Positions 63,026-64,000 of a DNA stretch of 64,000 bases are shown here, in pieces. The stretch comes from a virus. A model generated the notes under the pieces. That model ran no database searches, was not told the origin of the DNA, and worked only from the letters and a program-made list of their open reading frames with translations. The first letter of the stretch is position 1, and the number at the start of each line of letters is the position of its first letter. Both the position numbers and the translations under genes were made by a program. The stretch lies in the IMG/VR virus record IMGVR_UViG_3300027619_000001, one strand, 5' to 3'.

Positions 63026-63628
63026 ATGAAAAGATCACGCACAAGTATCGGAGAGCAAGGGGTAGCGCTGGTAATTGCAGAACTCCTTGTTCGTGATTTC
63101 AAACCGTATCGCCCAGTCGTGGATGATCACGGTGTTGATATAATGCTGCCGGACGGCTTGCGCATTCAGGTAAAAGCCGCCAATCTATCTCGCTCTTGGG
63201 CCATGAATCGTAAGACGGGAAAGAGTGGTCCTACAGGAAAACTGGCATACCAGTTTTCTCTTCAACGCACTGTATTTGGCACCAAAGAGAAACTGCAAAC
63301 AGTCGGTATCACGTATGAATACCGTGATGTCTATCGGGAGTCCGATTTTTTAATTTTAGTCGGATTCGACGAACGCAGGTTCTGGATTATTCCGACTAGT
63401 CTTGTAGACGGCTGTAAGCATGTATCTCTTGTTCAGGGTTTGTCTTATGCCAAAAAGAGTTTGAGAACGAAATTCTGGTACAGCGTAAGAGAAGGCGAAG
63501 GCCGCTGGGATTTATTGCGTGATTGGGATTTCAAACGCAAAACCGATTTGCCGCAGGTGGATATTGCGGCACTGAATTTGGATGAACCTCGCGATGAGAT
63601 CGCGTCGTTCGCAGGTTGGATGAACTAG
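63026..63628 (+). CDS. PD-(D/E)XK (DUF4365/Hjc-like) endonuclease-like protein wedged between structural genes
   Basis: GEQGVALVIAELLVRDFKPYRPVVDDHGVDIML...LRIQVKAA gives a D...D-x(n)-QVK pattern. Clearly AT-richer than the flanking capsid genes. Confidence 0.45.
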   Translation: MKRSRTSIGEQGVALVIAELLVRDFKPYRPVVDDHGVDIMLPDGLRIQVKAANLSRSWAMNRKTGKSGPTGKLAYQFSLQRTVFGTKEKLQTVGITYEYRDVYRESDFLILVGFDERRFWIIPTSLVDGCKHVSLVQGLSYAKKSLRTKFWYSVREGEGRWDLLRDWDFKRKTDLPQVDIAALNLDEPRDEIASFAGWMN

Positions 63629-63640
63629 GAGAGGATCGCT

Positions 63641-64000
63641 ATGGCTTACAATGATTTTCCTGTAATCACGTCGAATGCGAAAATCGGATTGGGAATTTAC
63701 GGGACTGTTGATCCGTGGGTTGCCAACTCCAATAGTCCATTCCCTAACGGGGCGCAGAACCCCCCCGGAGCTATTTTTATCCTCCCTCCTCCCAATGAAA
63801 ACACCATAAACCTTTCTGGTGGAGGTTATGGTGAATATACGATGGTGAGATATGTAAAATATCTGTCCACCGCCAACCCCGCTGTCGTCGCTGGCCCCGC
63901 GCCCGTCTACTACACCGACAACACGTTCACGACAGTATCCGGTGTATCGACCGAATCCGTGGGTGGCGTGAACTTCGCCGCCGGGTGGATGGCACCGAAC
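63641..64000 (+). CDS. Structural-module protein, 3'-truncated by the window edge
   Basis: ATG 63641 follows aggagagga. The frame is open for 120 codons to the end of the window (MAYNDFPVITSNAKIGLGIYG...). Confidence 0.45.
   Translation, partial: MAYNDFPVITSNAKIGLGIYGTVDPWVANSNSPFPNGAQNPPGAIFILPPPNENTINLSGGGYGEYTMVRYVKYLSTANPAVVAGPAPVYYTDNTFTTVSGVSTESVGGVNFAAGWMAPN

Overview
The window reads as most of a tailed dsDNA phage genome (free phage, prophage or phage-plasmid) from a moderately GC-rich host, apparently circularly permuted relative to the window. There are three blocks.

(1) 1..10329 (+) is the end of the late operon. It holds a 5'-truncated tail fibre/depolymerase-like protein, secreted Ig-domain and lipoprotein genes, glycoside-hydrolase-like proteins, a membrane-protein (holin-like) cluster, a DUF2829-like protein and a Tlde1/YkuD-like peptidoglycan enzyme candidate.

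(2) 10326..45271 (-) is a long leftward early/replication region of about 85 tightly packed genes, many coupled by ATGA/GTGA/TAATG overlaps. It includes:
- an XRE regulator, two AbrB-like proteins and two RHH proteins;
- a family A DNA polymerase and a split UDG-like gene;
- an ERCC4-type nuclease, an AAA_24/Sak4-like ATPase and a Cas4/RecB-like nuclease;
- an XPD/DinG-like Fe-S helicase, a ParB-like protein and a GIY-YIG nuclease;
- many small zinc-ribbon orphans.
A single rightward gene (37328..38545) interrupts this block. It is a RepSA-like initiator candidate and carries an embedded 81-nt hairpin in an AT-rich segment.

(3) 46010..64000 (+) is the rightward operon. It runs from a Cro-like HTH gene through the large terminase, portal, scaffold-like and major capsid genes.

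Seven sigma70-like promoters with TTGACA/TTGCAT -35 boxes can be read directly, plus one clear intrinsic terminator. I found no rRNA, tRNA, CRISPR array or integrase.

Most interesting observations:
- the UDG-like gene is split at a CUU-UGA (prfB-type) +1 site;
- the hairpin/AT-rich insert-like segment lies inside the Rep-like gene;
- the N-terminal peptide ALNLN is shared by three replication/recombination proteins;
- a phased 12-mer iteron array lies upstream of the packaging module;
- a palindromic operator is shared by two distant early promoters;
- four nuclease genes look like free-standing homing endonucleases, and one duplicates the 3' end of its target gene.

All functional calls rest on motifs recognised by eye. 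No database search was run.
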